The position numbers and the translations under genes are program-made. A stretch of DNA of 64,000 bases, taken from a virus. Location: IMG/VR virus record IMGVR_UViG_3300027742_000011. One strand, given 5' to 3'. Below are positions 63,266-64,000 of the stretch, one piece after another; position 1 is the first letter of the stretch, and every line of letters begins with the position of its first letter. Below the pieces are notes generated by a model. The model ran no database searches and was not told where the DNA came from. It saw only the letters and a list, made by a program, of their open reading frames with translations.

Positions 63266-64000
63266 GTGCTAAATGACGATGAATTTAGTGATCGTATTAA
63301 AGGATACGAGAGTACCTACACTGGTGCTCGCTTAGAAGGTGACTTTTTCATCGCGCGGATCGACGGTCGGGCGTTTTCTAAATACACTAGATACATGCAA
63401 AAACCATATGATACAAACATGTCATGGGCCATGCAGAATACTACACATGCCTTGATGGAAAAAACTGATGCTGTGGTTGGATACACTCAATCTGACGAAA
63501 TTACGTTAGCATTTAAAAGTTCTGCGTGGTTTGACGGCAAGGTTCAAAAGTTGGCGAGTGTCATATGCGGCATTACAACTGCTGAATTTGTTCGGAGGAT
63601 GCTTGAAACAGAACACCGCGAACATACATTAGAAAATCTACCACACTTTGATTGTAGAGTTTTCTCTGTCCCAACACAACAAGAGCTCGTAAACGCTGTT
63701 CTTTGGAGAGTACATGATTGTAAGAAGAATGCTATTTCATCTGCGGCAAGGGCACAATTTTCACATAAATCGCTGCAGGGTAAAAGCGGTATAGAAATGA
63801 TTAGAATGCTGCGCAATGAAAACATCTCATTCGAAGATCACTATCCAAGCTTTTATAGATTTGGGCAGACACTGTACAAAGAAAAGGAAACTCAACAAAT
63901 TCCTGATGAGATTTGGAATCTTATTCCTGATAATAAGAAGCCAGAAAGTAGAAGCTTTAAAAGGCACGTGATTAAAACTACAGCCGAAGAAATGACCTAT
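63266..64000 (+). CDS. tRNA-His guanylyltransferase (Thg1-like), partial
   Basis: Not in ORF track. GTG start after GGAG; RIDGRAFS, YTQSDEI, KVQK, PHFDCRV, KNAIS; open to the window end. Confidence 0.9.
   Translation, partial: MLNDDEFSDRIKGYESTYTGARLEGDFFIARIDGRAFSKYTRYMQKPYDTNMSWAMQNTTHALMEKTDAVVGYTQSDEITLAFKSSAWFDGKVQKLASVICGITTAEFVRRMLETEHREHTLENLPHFDCRVFSVPTQQELVNAVLWRVHDCKKNAISSAARAQFSHKSLQGKSGIEMIRMLRNENISFEDHYPSFYRFGQTLYKEKETQQIPDEIWNLIPDNKKPESRSFKRHVIKTTAEEMTY

Overview
64 kb of an AT-rich T4-like (Tevenvirus-type, probably non-enteric) myophage genome, almost all on the minus strand. The core modules are late/virion genes (0-7 kb), gp41 helicase, uvsX and gp43 polymerase (9-18 kb), an early accessory and RNA-repair region (19.5-33 kb), regA/gp62/gp44/gp45 (34-38 kb), a DNA-modification cluster (39.8-53.4 kb), and gp46/47/55, uvsW/Y, gp3 and Thg1 (54-64 kb). 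Main observations: (1) gp41 is broken into three genes rejoined by two split inteins, one with a 15-aa N-intein, and gp43 is split by a third intein. (2) A gp42-like dCMP hydroxymethylase is clustered with UDP-galactopyranose mutase, two glycosyltransferase-like genes and a C5-methyltransferase-fold protein with degenerate SAM-binding motifs, suggesting an unusual furanosyl cytosine hypermodification. (3) An ORF-less group I intron lies next to a free-standing GIY-YIG endonuclease bracketed by a duplicated exon 1. (4) Several insertions duplicate the ends of host genes. (5) gp47 carries a +1 frameshift at CAC-UUU-CGG. (6) The hsp20 leader resembles a ROSE RNA thermometer. No tRNA, rRNA or CRISPR array was recognised. 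Family assignments come from motif recognition by eye, not database searches.
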